Positions 9,143 to 18,625 are shown, counted from the stretch's first letter. The stretch: DNA of 64,000 bases from Mycobacteriales bacterium (GCA_036382875.1 DASVPJ010000044.1:159891-223890), one strand, 5' to 3'. Numbers and translations are program-made. Notes: generated by a model from the sequence alone, not told the origin.

Positions 9143-10453
9143 GTGGGTCAGTTGGTCGAGCGCATCGTGCTGCCGTTCCCGGCCGAACGCCCCGTCGGCG
9201 ACGTGCACCGCTGGGACGACGCGGCCGGCCGGTGGCGCGCGCTCGGCCGCGCGCAGGGCGACGTCGCGGTGGCGGCGGACGCGCGGGTGGCGTTCGTGGC
9301 GGACCGGCGGCGGGCCGCGGGCGGTCTCGGGTTCCTCGACGCGCTGCCGGTGGAGCCGTTCGTACGGCTCGCGGCCGGCGTGGCGTTGCGGGACGGCGAC
9401 GCGCGGCGGCTGGCCCGCTTCGCCTGGCTGTCCGAGCTCGACCTCGACGGCAGCGGCGCGGCCGACGACGACGTCGCGGCGCTGCGCCCGCTCGTCAACC
9501 TCACCGAGCTGCGCCTCGGCGGCGCGCGGGCCGGCGACGACGCGCTGGCGAGCCTGGACTTCCCGCTGCTGCGCCGCCTCGACCTCGACCACTCGCACGT
9601 CGAGCACGGCGTCGCCCACCTGGCCCGGCTGCCGCGCCTGGAGATGCTCGACCTGGCCGCGACGGCGGTGAGCGAGGAGTCGCTGCGCGCGCTGGCCACG
9701 TTGCCGCGGCTGCGCTGGGTGGCGCTCGCGTACGCCGCCGTCCGCCCCGAGGCGCTCGCCGCGCTGGGCGACGTGGCGAACCTCCGCGAGGTGTTCCTCA
9801 ACGGCCTCACCGTCGACGCCACCGTCACCGCCGCCCTCGGCCGTCTGGACGGGCTCCGGCTGCTGGACCTGTCCGGCACGGAGACGTCCAGCCAGGCCGT
9901 CGTGCCGCTGTCCCGGGCGCGCGCGCTCGTCAAGGTGCGACTGTCGGGGACGGCCGTGGACGACCGCGCGCTGCCGTGGCTCGAGCCGGTGCAGACGCTG
10001 GAGTCGCTCTGGCTCGACGACACGGACGTCGGCGAGGGCGCGCCGGAGTCGCTCGCCGCGCTGCGCAACCTGCGCGAGCTCGTGCTCGACGGCACCGCCG
10101 TCCCGGCGGCGGCGCTGGCGGCGCTGGGCGGGCTCCCGCACCTCACCCGCCTCGACCTCGCCCGGACGACGCTGGGCGACGAGGTCGCGCCGGTGCTGCT
10201 CGACCTGCCGCACCTCACCGACCTCGACCTCACCGGGACCGCGCTCACCGACGCCGGCCTCGCCACGCTCGCGCGGCACCCGTCGCTGGCGTCGATCCGG
10301 GTGTCCGGGACGGCCGTCACGCGCCGCGGCATCCGGGGGCTGCTGGACGCGCTGCCCGACGTGACGCTGCCCGACCTCGGCCTCGCGCCGGAGCCGGACG
10401 TGCCCGAGCAGGCGGGTCCCGCCGAGCCGGCGCAGGAACGCTCCCGCCCCTAG
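9143..10453 (+). CDS. Leucine-rich repeat (LRR) protein
   Basis: Many 'L..L..L.L..T.V.D..L..L' repeats. GTG start. Confidence 0.75.
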   Translation: MGQLVERIVLPFPAERPVGDVHRWDDAAGRWRALGRAQGDVAVAADARVAFVADRRRAAGGLGFLDALPVEPFVRLAAGVALRDGDARRLARFAWLSELDLDGSGAADDDVAALRPLVNLTELRLGGARAGDDALASLDFPLLRRLDLDHSHVEHGVAHLARLPRLEMLDLAATAVSEESLRALATLPRLRWVALAYAAVRPEALAALGDVANLREVFLNGLTVDATVTAALGRLDGLRLLDLSGTETSSQAVVPLSRARALVKVRLSGTAVDDRALPWLEPVQTLESLWLDDTDVGEGAPESLAALRNLRELVLDGTAVPAAALAALGGLPHLTRLDLARTTLGDEVAPVLLDLPHLTDLDLTGTALTDAGLATLARHPSLASIRVSGTAVTRRGIRGLLDALPDVTLPDLGLAPEPDVPEQAGPAEPAQERSRP

Positions 10454-11061
10454 GCCACCCGCGACCCCGCCGGCGCCGCCGACCCGGCGGCCGGCCCCGC
10501 CGGCGACCCCGCCGGACGCGGCGCCGGCACCAGCACCGCGACCTCGTTCTCGCGCCGGGTCGCCGGGCACGTCCCGCTCGACGCGAGGAGCTCGGTCAGC
10601 GCGCGGCCGTAGCAGCGGGCGAGCACGCCGGCGTGGTCGCCGAGCTCGTGCCGCCAGGCGTGCATCCGCAACGCACGGAGCCGTTCCGGCCCGCCCTCGC
10701 GCGCGACGCCGGTGAGCCGCGCCAGCGCCGCGTCGACCGCGGCCACCGCCGACACGATCTCCGCCTCGGCCGCCGCGACGTCCGGCCGCGACTCCGGCCA
10801 CGACCCCGCCACCAGCCCGGTCACCTCGGCGAAGCCCGCGGTGAGCGGCAACGACCGCCCGCCCGCGTTCGGCGGGTACACGAACAGGTGCCCGCCCACC
10901 TCCTCCACGTCGGCCGCGGTCACCGCGGCGACCTCGGCGGGCGTCCCGGCGGCGCCGAGCAGCAGCAGCACGTCACGCCGTACGTCCGGCGTCCCGGCCA
11001 GCACGTCCAGCGCGAGGGAGAACCACGCGTCGAGCTCGCGGAGGTGCGCGCAGTCGTTCAT
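10450..11061 (-). CDS. Hypothetical protein
   Basis: ATG at 11061 ('MNDCAHLRELDAW'). High GC3 and no recognisable domain. Confidence 0.5.
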   Translation of the reverse strand: MNDCAHLRELDAWFSLALDVLAGTPDVRRDVLLLLGAAGTPAEVAAVTAADVEEVGGHLFVYPPNAGGRSLPLTAGFAEVTGLVAGSWPESRPDVAAAEAEIVSAVAAVDAALARLTGVAREGGPERLRALRMHAWRHELGDHAGVLARCYGRALTELLASSGTCPATRRENEVAVLVPAPRPAGSPAGPAAGSAAPAGSRVA

Positions 11062-11160
11062 GCCTCCAGGATCGGCGCCGCGCGCAGGCCGTCCGGACAC
11101 CCGTTGGAGCGAGCCCGGACGGTTCAGCCCGCCCGCGCGGCGCGCGTTAGCCCGCTCGGG

Positions 11161-11859
11161 CTACGCCGTCAGCACCGCCACGATCCGCGGGTCGCCCGCC
11201 GCCTCGACCGGCACCGGCCGGCCCCACAGCGCGAGCAGCAGGTCGCTGGCCGGGCCGTGCAGCGACGCCTCCGGGACCCCCGCGGGCACGCCCCGGACGA
11301 GCGACACCGAGTCCGGCCGCAGCGTGCCGAACCACGCGTCGCCGGTGTCGTCGCAGCGCACCGCGAACGTCCCCGCGAGGCCGTCCACCGGCCGCCGCGC
11401 GAGCGAGTACGGCAGGAACAGCGTGAGCGCCTCGTCCACCCCGTCCGCCGCGGCCGCCGCCTCGACCGGCGCGGGCGTCACGTCCCAGCGGTGCACCGCG
11501 ACCTCGTGCGCCATCCGGCGCGCCCACCACGCGACGTCGCCGGGCTCGCCCGACCAGTTCCAGACCGGCGTCTCCGGGGGCTCGTTCGCGAACGCGTCCA
11601 CCAGCTCGGCCGCCGACTCCTCGTACCACGCGACGACGTCGTCGCCGGGCGCGGGCACGCCGCCGAGGTCGACCTCCGCGTCGGCGTGGTCCCGCACGAT
11701 CCGCGCGACCCTGCGGAACCCGTCGCCGACGTGGCCGAGCAGGCGTTCGACGGTCCAGCCGGGACACGACGCCACGTCCGACGCGAGGCAGGTCGCGGCC
11801 GCCTCGGCGAGCGCGGCCGACTCGCGGCGCAGCGCGATTAGGTGCTCCTCGTAGTTCAT
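11161..11859 (-). CDS. Maleylpyruvate isomerase-family mycothiol-dependent enzyme (DinB_2-like, TIGR03083-type)
   Basis: N-terminal 'CPGWTVERLLGHV' is characteristic of the actinobacterial mycothiol-dependent enzyme family. ATGA overlap with the upstream gene. Confidence 0.65.
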   Translation of the reverse strand: MNYEEHLIALRRESAALAEAAATCLASDVASCPGWTVERLLGHVGDGFRRVARIVRDHADAEVDLGGVPAPGDDVVAWYEESAAELVDAFANEPPETPVWNWSGEPGDVAWWARRMAHEVAVHRWDVTPAPVEAAAAADGVDEALTLFLPYSLARRPVDGLAGTFAVRCDDTGDAWFGTLRPDSVSLVRGVPAGVPEASLHGPASDLLLALWGRPVPVEAAGDPRIVAVLTA

Positions 11860-12797
11860 GCGAGCAGCCTCGCGTACGTCGCCCCGTCCATGTTGCCGCC
11901 GGTCGCCACGACCACGACCGACGAGCCGCGCTCGACGCCCGCCGCGCCGGTCAGCAACGCCGCCACCCCGGCCGCCGCGGCCGGCTCCACCGCGAGCTTG
12001 GTGCGTTCGATCGTGCGCCGCATCGCCTCCACGATCGCCTCGTCCGGCACGGTGACCACCCGGTCGACGAACGACCGCACCGCGGCCAGCGTGTGCGTCC
12101 CGGCGAACGGCGCGCACAGCCCGTCCGCGACGCTCGACGGCACCATCGGCACCGGCTCGCCGGCCGCCAGCGCCCGGGTCATCGCGTCCGCGCCCTCCGG
12201 CTCGACGCCGACCACCGTGACCCCCGGCCGCAACGCCTTCAGCACGGCGGCGCAGCCGGAGGCGAGGCCGCCGCCGCCGATCTGCACGACGAGCGTGTCG
12301 AACGCCCCCACGTCCTCCGCGATCTCCAGCCCGACGGTGCCGTTGCCCGCGATGATCGCGGGGTCGTCGAACGGGTGCACCAGCGTGCGCCCGGTCTCCT
12401 CCTGGACGCGGTGCAGCGTGTCCACCAGCGCGCCGTCGGTCAGCACCACCTCGCCGCCGTACGCCTCGACCGCGGCGATCTTCCCGGGGTTCGCGTGTGC
12501 CGGCATGACGACCACGGCCGTGGTGCCGAGCGCGCGGGCGGCGTACGCGAGGCCGGCCGCGTGGTTGCCCGCCGACATCGTGACCAGCCCGGCCGACCGC
12601 CGTTCCGGCGGCATCGACAGCACGGCGTTGAAGCAGCCGCGGACCTTGAACGAGCCGGTCTTCTGGAACAGCTCCGCCTTGACCGTCAGCGACACGCCGG
12701 CGAGGTCGCCCAGCGACGTCGCGGAGAGGCAGGGCGTGCGGTGCACGTACGGCGCGATGCGGGCGGCGGCGGCGCGTACGAGGTCCAGGGTCGGCAT
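11856..12797 (-). CDS. PLP-dependent threonine/serine dehydratase family enzyme
   Basis: Motif 'SFKVRG' (PLP lysine) and Gly-rich 'GGGGL'. Confidence 0.8.
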   Translation of the reverse strand: MPTLDLVRAAAARIAPYVHRTPCLSATSLGDLAGVSLTVKAELFQKTGSFKVRGCFNAVLSMPPERRSAGLVTMSAGNHAAGLAYAARALGTTAVVVMPAHANPGKIAAVEAYGGEVVLTDGALVDTLHRVQEETGRTLVHPFDDPAIIAGNGTVGLEIAEDVGAFDTLVVQIGGGGLASGCAAVLKALRPGVTVVGVEPEGADAMTRALAAGEPVPMVPSSVADGLCAPFAGTHTLAAVRSFVDRVVTVPDEAIVEAMRRTIERTKLAVEPAAAAGVAALLTGAAGVERGSSVVVVATGGNMDGATYARLLA

Positions 12798-12826
12798 GGT
12801 TCCCACCCAACCGTCACAATCGGGCC

Positions 12827-13315
12827 ATGTCGATTTTCGAGCACAAGGCCGAGACGCTCTCCGGCGAGACCGTCTCCATGAACGACTTCGCCGGCAAGGC
12901 GCTGCTGGTCGTCAACGTCGCGTCCCGGTGCGGCCTCACGCCGCAGTACGCCGGCCTCGAGGCGCTGCACGAGGAGTACGCGCCGCGCGGGTTCTCCGTC
13001 GTCGGGTTCCCGTGCAACCAGTTCAAGGGGCAGGAGCCGGGCACCGCCGAGGAGATCCAGGAGTTCTGCTCGACGACGTACGGCGTGACGTTCCCGATGA
13101 TGGCGAAGACCGACGTCAACGGCCCCGACCGGCACCCGGTCTACGCGGAGCTGACGCGCTTCCCCGCCGGCGACGACCGCGGCGACGACGTCATCTGGAA
13201 CTTCGAGAAGTTCCTCGTCTCGCCCCAGGGCGAGGTCGTCGGCCGGTTCCGCCCGCAGGTGCTGCCGGAGGACCCGGCGCTGCGGTCGGCTATCGAGGCG
13301 GTCCTGCCGGCCTGA
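12827..13315 (+). CDS. gpx: Glutathione peroxidase
   Basis: Motif 'VVNVASRCGLTPQY' (catalytic Cys), 'FPCNQF' and 'WNFEKFL'. Confidence 0.9.
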   Translation: MSIFEHKAETLSGETVSMNDFAGKALLVVNVASRCGLTPQYAGLEALHEEYAPRGFSVVGFPCNQFKGQEPGTAEEIQEFCSTTYGVTFPMMAKTDVNGPDRHPVYAELTRFPAGDDRGDDVIWNFEKFLVSPQGEVVGRFRPQVLPEDPALRSAIEAVLPA

Positions 13316-13727
13316 GGTCGAGGTCCGGCGGCGGCGTGTCCGGCGTGCGGTAGACGAGGTACCCCTTGCCGAACGTCGCGTGCCAGTGGTTCACGCGCGC
13401 GACGAGGTGCTCCCACGCCGCCGCGAACGCCGCCGGGTCCTCGTCGTTGACGGCCTGCCGCAGCGGCGCGTAGTCGACCTCGAGGAACTCCTCCATCGCC
13501 TCGGCGTACTTCGGGCGGCTGAACGCGCTGTCCCGCAGCGACTTCGTCAGCGTGCGGCAGAAGTAGCCGGCGGCCGGCCAGTTGCCGTACGTCGCCGCCC
13601 AGTACAGCCGGCGGGCGCGTTCGGCGATCTCCGCCATCAGCCGGTCCATGCCGGGCTGGCTGCGGGCGAGCTCGTTGAGCGTCATCTCCCGCTTGCCGTT
13701 GTGCACGACGATCGCGTCGGCCTCCAC
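13290..13727 (-). CDS. Hypothetical protein
   Basis: High GC3, 145 aa, no recognisable domain. Convergent overlap with gpx. Confidence 0.45.
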   Translation of the reverse strand: MEADAIVVHNGKREMTLNELARSQPGMDRLMAEIAERARRLYWAATYGNWPAAGYFCRTLTKSLRDSAFSRPKYAEAMEEFLEVDYAPLRQAVNDEDPAAFAAAWEHLVARVNHWHATFGKGYLVYRTPDTPPPDLDLRPAGPPR

Positions 13728-13748
13728 GGACGGGAGCCTAGCCAGCGG

Positions 13749-13925
13749 TCAGGGCACCGGGACGCAGAGCGGGATCTCCGGCGTCCACGGGCGGCCGCTC
13801 GCGTAGGTCTCCGGGACCCACACGCAGACCTGCTGGTCCGCCGCGCTCGCCGGCAGGGCGAGCGCGGGCAGCGCGACGGCGGCGGCCACGGCGAGGAGGA
13901 CGGCGCGCTGGGGGTTGCGCGACAC
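13749..13925 (-). CDS. Small secreted peptide (58 aa; ~30-aa mature peptide with 2 Cys)
   Basis: GTG start preceded by an 'aggagtaaggag' RBS. Signal peptide 'AVLLAVAAAVALPALALPASA'. Lies immediately downstream of the ECF sigma fusion gene. Confidence 0.5.
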   Translation of the reverse strand: MSRNPQRAVLLAVAAAVALPALALPASAADQQVCVWVPETYASGRPWTPEIPLCVPVP

Positions 13926-13935
13926 GGACGGCTCC

Positions 13936-14925
13936 TTACTCCTCAGGGTCACAGAGCGGCGAGAACGGGTCGACGCTCAGTATCTCCTGCACGCAGCGCT
14001 GCACGGACTCTTCGAAGGATTCTTCCTCGTACTGCTGCTCCACCCGGACGCCCTCGCGGGTGCCGGCCAGGTTCGGGTCGCCGAGCGGCGGCGTCTCGAC
14101 CTCCGGCTTGTCGGGCGGGGTGACGACCGCGGGCGGCTTCGGCGGGACCACGACCGGGGGCGCGACCGTGCGGACGACCTGCCGCACGGTACCCACCGGG
14201 TCGGCCGCGGGCACCGCCGCGACCGGCGCCGCGCCGTCGCGGACGAGCCCGCCGGCGACCGGCGCGGCGGCCTGCGGGCGCGGCGGGTCGGACGACAGCA
14301 CGATGCCGCCCACGACGCCCGCGACGGTGACGACCGTGACGCCGGCCGCGACCGCGGCGGGCGTGCCGGCGTAGCGGGCCCGGCGGAGCAGGCCGAGCAC
14401 GGCGACGCTCGCGCTCTGCGCGGCGCGGCGCATCCGGTGCCTGGCCTTGGTCAGCGCCGCCTCGGCCGACTTGGTGCCGACGCCGAGGGTGAGCGCGGCC
14501 TCCTTGACGCTCATGCCGTTCGCCCGCGCGAACACCACGGCGAACTCGCGCGGCGACAGCTTCAGGCACTCGTCGTAGAGCCAGCGCGCCTCGGCCAGGT
14601 CGAGCAGCGTGTCGGTCGGGTCGGCCGGGTCGACGGTCCGCAGCGCGTCGCGGACGCCGACGCGGAGCTGGCGCACCCGGTCCCGCTGCACGTCGGCGCA
14701 CAGTCGCACGGTCACCGTCGTCAGGAACTGCCCGACGTACGCCGGGTCGAGGCGCTCGAACGTCACCGCGCGCAGCATCGCCTCCTGCACCACGTCGTCC
14801 ACCTCGTCCTTGCAGCCGAGGCGGCGGGCGGCGATCCGGCGGAGCCGTTCCTCGTGCGGCAGCACGAGCGGCCAGCGGGCGGCGACGTCGTCGGGCAGGG
14901 ACTCCGGTGCGGCGGTGAGCGTCAA
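13936..14925 (-). CDS. ECF sigma factor fused to a C-terminal TM helix and Pro-rich extracytoplasmic tail
   Basis: Sigma-2 region 'DEVDDVVQEAMLRA' and sigma-4 region 'LSPREFAVVFARANGMSVKEAALTLGVGTKSAEAALTKARHRMRR' continue in-frame into a TM helix 'VTVVTVAGVVGGIVL' and a 'PPVVVPPKPPAVVTPPDKPEVETPP' tail. Start is uncertain: ORF opens at 15207, TTG at 14925 or GTG at 14865 are plausible. Confidence 0.6.
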   Translation of the reverse strand: MTLTAAPESLPDDVAARWPLVLPHEERLRRIAARRLGCKDEVDDVVQEAMLRAVTFERLDPAYVGQFLTTVTVRLCADVQRDRVRQLRVGVRDALRTVDPADPTDTLLDLAEARWLYDECLKLSPREFAVVFARANGMSVKEAALTLGVGTKSAEAALTKARHRMRRAAQSASVAVLGLLRRARYAGTPAAVAAGVTVVTVAGVVGGIVLSSDPPRPQAAAPVAGGLVRDGAAPVAAVPAADPVGTVRQVVRTVAPPVVVPPKPPAVVTPPDKPEVETPPLGDPNLAGTREGVRVEQQYEEESFEESVQRCVQEILSVDPFSPLCDPEE

Positions 14926-15353
14926 CGACTCTCCCGGGTCCGTGGGCGGATGGAGCGCGGGTGGCCGATGCTTCGCCGTACGGGGGCGCTGTCCCTGCGT
15001 GGCCCCGAAAAAGTCGTAGGGGCCCCCCGTCCGGGCGCGTAAGACAGGTGCCCGCACGCGGCCGCGCGCCCAGCCCGCCGCGGCCGCGCGGGTGTGGCCC
15101 GGGCGGCGACCCTTCCCAGAAGGTCGCCGTCCGTGCGTCCCCGCCCAGGGGCGCCGGCTCGGTTGCTGGGGGGCGCCGTCCGGACCCTGAGGGGGTTTGG
15201 TGGTCATGGGCGGCCGCGCGCCCAGGAACGCGCGGCTGCCCGTGATCGCGGCCGCCGGGCGCGGCCCCGGCCCGCCGGGCCGCGGTCGCCCTTACCGACA
15301 CGCCACGGCGGCCCTGCGGGTTTTTGTCACACCCCCGTTGCACAGTGGTCCGC

Positions 15354-15623
15354 ATGGACATGACCCGCTGGTGCCGCGGCTGCGCCGCCGAGACGGCGTA
15401 CGTCCGCTTCGACTGCACGGAGCACCCCGAGGACTGCGTCGAGCTCGTCTGCGAGCTGTGCGGCGCCGGGTTCGAGCTGGCCGCGATCCAGGTCGCCGGC
15501 GGCACCGCCGCCGCGGCCGCCGCGGCCGCCGCGGCCGGCACGGCCGGCCCGGGCGCCACCTCGGCCGGCGCGGCCGGCGCCGCCCGCGCCACCGCGCGGA
15601 GGGGAGGGCGCCGCACCGCGTAG
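15354..15623 (+). CDS. Small zinc-ribbon-like protein with poly-Ala C-terminal tail
   Basis: Cys pairs 'CRGC...C...CELC'. GC3 near 100%. Divergent from the sigma gene. Confidence 0.5.
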   Translation: MDMTRWCRGCAAETAYVRFDCTEHPEDCVELVCELCGAGFELAAIQVAGGTAAAAAAAAAAGTAGPGATSAGAAGAARATARRGGRRTA

Positions 15624-15675
15624 CCGCCCACGCCCCCGCCCCAGCCGCGCGCGACGTCGCGCGCGCCGCCGCGGC

Positions 15676-16458
15676 TCAGCGCGGCGCGACCTCGGCCCAC
15701 GCCACGGTCAGCTCGCCGAGCCGCCAGCGCGCCGGGTTGCGCGCCACCCGCCACCCGTCCGCGCCGAGCGCGGCCGCCGCGTCGGCCCACCGCTGCCGGG
15801 CCGGGACGTCGCCCGCCCGCAGCCACGCCCGGTCCCACGCGACGAGGAACGCGTGCACCCGCTCGCCGGTGACGTTGCGGTGGATGAGCGCCTTGGGCAG
15901 GCGTTCGGCCAGGTCGGAGGGCCGCTCCAGCTCCTCGACGCGGGCCGCGAACGTCACCGTCCGCGGCCCGTCCTTGTCGAGCGCGACCCACACCGCGCGC
16001 CGGCCGATCTCGTCGCACGTGCCCTCGACGAGCACGCCGTCGTCGTCGAGCCGCTCGCGCAGCACGTCCCACGCGTGGAGGGCGGACGGCTCGTCGTACT
16101 GGCGGAGGACGTTCATCGCGCGGACCACGACGGGCCGCCGCCCGCCGAGCGGCACGTCGAATCCGCCGTGCACGAACGACAGCCGCTCCCGCGCGTACGG
16201 CGCCGCGGCCTCGACGCGCTCGCGGACGATCTCGACGCCGACCACCTCGACGTCGGGCCGCGCCTCCGCGAGCCGGGCGGCGAGCTCCAGCGTGGTGACC
16301 GGGTGCCGCCCGTAGCCGAGGTCCACGACGAGGGGGTCGGCGGCCCGGCGCAGCCGCGCGCCGTGCAACGCCACCAGCCAGCGGTCGACGCGGCGCAGCC
16401 GGTTCGGGTGGGTGGTGCCGCGCGTCTCCTCGCCGAGCGGCCGGCGCGGCCTGCTCAC
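15676..16458 (-). CDS. Class I SAM-dependent methyltransferase
   Basis: Motifs 'VVDLGYGRHPVTT' and 'VVGVEI'. GTG start overlaps the upstream stop (GTGA). Confidence 0.7.
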   Translation of the reverse strand: MSRPRRPLGEETRGTTHPNRLRRVDRWLVALHGARLRRAADPLVVDLGYGRHPVTTLELAARLAEARPDVEVVGVEIVRERVEAAAPYARERLSFVHGGFDVPLGGRRPVVVRAMNVLRQYDEPSALHAWDVLRERLDDDGVLVEGTCDEIGRRAVWVALDKDGPRTVTFAARVEELERPSDLAERLPKALIHRNVTGERVHAFLVAWDRAWLRAGDVPARQRWADAAAALGADGWRVARNPARWRLGELTVAWAEVAPR

Positions 16459-17546
16459 CCGCGCACCGTCCGCAACGCGGCGGCGAGGCGTTCGAAGTCG
16501 CCGAGGGTGTTGTACGGCGCCGCCGACGCCCGCAGCCAGCCGCGCCCGCGCCACGGCGTCGCGCCGACCTCGACCCGCGCCTCGGCCCACAGCCGGTCGC
16601 GCAGCGCCAGCGCCTCGTCGTACGTCATCACGCCGGGGTCGAGCAGCACCATCGACGCCTGCCGCCCGCGCGGCACGGGCCGGGCGAGCCCGGTCAGCGC
16701 GGCGCCGTCCCAGGCCAGCGCGCGGCCGTGCGCCCGCACCTCGTCCCACCCGAGGTCGTCCATGAACGCCAGCGCGGCCGGCACCGACAGCCACGCCGAC
16801 GGGTCGAACGTCCCCGCCCAGTCGAACTCCGCCTGGAACCCCAGCCCCCACCCGTGCGACGGCACGAGCGGCCGCACCGGCGAGCGGGCGTAGAGGACGG
16901 CGGCGCCCTTCGGCGCGCAGACCCACTTGTGCAGGTTGCCGGTCCACCAGTCCGGGTCGAGCGCGGTGAGGTCCACCGGCAGCAGGCCCGGCGCGTGCGC
17001 GGCGTCGACCAGGCACGGCACGCCGCGCGCGCGGCACCCGCGCACGACCTCCTCGAACGGCATCCGCACCGCCGTCCCCGACGTCACCGCGTCGACCACG
17101 ACCAGCCGCGCACGCTCGTCCACCGCGTCGAGCAGGACGGACGCCGGCGCGTCCGGGTCGAACGCCACCACGTGCACCTGCGCGCCGCGCGCGGCGAGCG
17201 TGTTCGCGACGGCGGGGTAGACGTGGTCGGTGACGACGGCGCGGTCGCCGGGCCGCACCACCGACGCGAGCACGGTGGCGGCGCCGGTGGTGGCGTTCGG
17301 GACGAACACCAGCCGCTCCGGGTCCGCGCCGAGGAACGCCGCCACCTCCGCGCGCGCGGCCGCGACGAGCGGCCAGTAGCGGCGGGCCAGGAAGTCGACC
17401 GGCTGCTCCTCCAGCCGCGCCCGCCAGCGGGCCTGCTCCTCCAGCACCGCGGTCGGCGTCGCGCCGAACGACCCGTGGTTGAGGAACGCCGCCTCCGGGT
17501 CGAGCGGCCACGCCCCGCGCACCCCCGCGCCCAGGCGCGCCGTCAC
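16455..17546 (-). CDS. Aminotransferase class V-fold PLP-dependent enzyme (isopenicillin N epimerase-like family)
   Basis: Motif 'NHGSFGATP'. Lengths ~360 aa. GTGA overlap at both ends. Confidence 0.75.
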   Translation of the reverse strand: MTARLGAGVRGAWPLDPEAAFLNHGSFGATPTAVLEEQARWRARLEEQPVDFLARRYWPLVAAARAEVAAFLGADPERLVFVPNATTGAATVLASVVRPGDRAVVTDHVYPAVANTLAARGAQVHVVAFDPDAPASVLLDAVDERARLVVVDAVTSGTAVRMPFEEVVRGCRARGVPCLVDAAHAPGLLPVDLTALDPDWWTGNLHKWVCAPKGAAVLYARSPVRPLVPSHGWGLGFQAEFDWAGTFDPSAWLSVPAALAFMDDLGWDEVRAHGRALAWDGAALTGLARPVPRGRQASMVLLDPGVMTYDEALALRDRLWAEARVEVGATPWRGRGWLRASAAPYNTLGDFERLAAALRTVRG

Positions 17547-18625
17547 GTGGTGGCGGCGTAGCGCCCGGCCAGGTCGAGGTCGGGCTCGTCGACGTACGCG
17601 ATCGGGTTGGCCGCCTCGCGGTCGAGGTGCCCGCCGGTCGCGGTCGCGGTGAGCATCGCCAGGCCCAGCGTCGTGAGCTCGGCCGAGCGCCGGTGCACGA
17701 CCGGCAGCCCGGTCACCGACGGCAGCACCGCGCGCCACGCGCGGTCCGCCGCGCCGTGCGCGGTGAGGAACGCCGCCTCCGGCGCGAGCGCCCGCACGAC
17801 CCGCGCCACCGCGAACGCGCCCGACTCGTACGCCACCCGCACCGGGTCCTCCCCGGGCCGCGCGACCGCCGCCGACGCGGCGAGCGACTCGCGCGAGCGG
17901 CCGGTCCGCAGCACCAGCCCCTCCAGCGCGTCGACCATGCCGGGCAGCGGTGCCTCGTACACCTGGTACGACCGGCCGCCGGCCCGCAGCGCGACGCCCG
18001 GCGGCGGCTCCGGCGCGGGCGGCGCGACCGGCACGTGCACGACCACCGGCGACCCGAACGTCACCAGCGGCACCACCGCGCCCGACCCCTCGACCGCGCA
18101 CACCTCGCTCGTCGCGCCGACCGCGACCGGCAGCCGCGACCGCAGCCCGAGCCGCCGCGCAGCCGGCAGCATCAGGTCGCCGAGCACGTCGGTCGAGCCC
18201 TGCTGCGGCGCCAGCCGCTCGGCGCGCGGGTCGGCCGCCGTGCCGTCCGGCGCGAAGAACCCGGTCGCGCTCGCGACCGTCGGGTCGGTCGCGAGCCGCC
18301 CGGTGAGCAGCGACGCCACGAAGTCCCGCGCCGACGCGACCCACCCCTCGCCCGGGGTGTCAGGCACTGACGCGAGCACCGGCGTCAACGGCTCGCCCTC
18401 GCGCGAGACCAGCAGCCAGCCCCGGGTGCCCGAGCAGCCGAGCGCCTCCACCTCGACCGGGTCCGCGCCCGCCGCGACGCAGCCGGCGACCGCCGACTCG
18501 ACGGCGTTCCAGACGTCCCGCGCCGACGTGCCGCGGGGCGACCGCGCCACCGCGACGAGCCCGTCCGCCGCCCACACCGCGGCGGTCACGTCGGCGGCGC
18601 CGACGTCGATCGCGAGGTACGTCAC
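17543..18625 (-). CDS. FGGY-like (ASKHA fold) carbohydrate kinase, short form
   Basis: N-terminal 'YLAIDVGAADVTAAV' plus 'ALGCSGTRGW' resemble FGGY N-domain motifs. About 360 aa, shorter than canonical FGGY kinases. Confidence 0.5.
   Translation of the reverse strand: MTYLAIDVGAADVTAAVWAADGLVAVARSPRGTSARDVWNAVESAVAGCVAAGADPVEVEALGCSGTRGWLLVSREGEPLTPVLASVPDTPGEGWVASARDFVASLLTGRLATDPTVASATGFFAPDGTAADPRAERLAPQQGSTDVLGDLMLPAARRLGLRSRLPVAVGATSEVCAVEGSGAVVPLVTFGSPVVVHVPVAPPAPEPPPGVALRAGGRSYQVYEAPLPGMVDALEGLVLRTGRSRESLAASAAVARPGEDPVRVAYESGAFAVARVVRALAPEAAFLTAHGAADRAWRAVLPSVTGLPVVHRRSAELTTLGLAMLTATATGGHLDREAANPIAYVDEPDLDLAGRYAATT

Noticed and set aside
7820-10801. 993-aa minus-strand ORF overlapping the cupredoxin, ankyrin and LRR genes
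   Set aside because: Arg/Ala/Gly-rich nonsense translation opposite clearly coding plus-strand genes; GC-driven artefact.
13949-16072. 707-aa minus-strand ORF and the 15676..17511 611-aa ORF suggesting one huge gene
   Set aside because: These are alternative-frame extensions. The real genes are the sigma fusion (other frame) and the methyltransferase, which starts at a GTG overlapping the aminotransferase stop. Upstream portions are Arg/Gly-rich junk.
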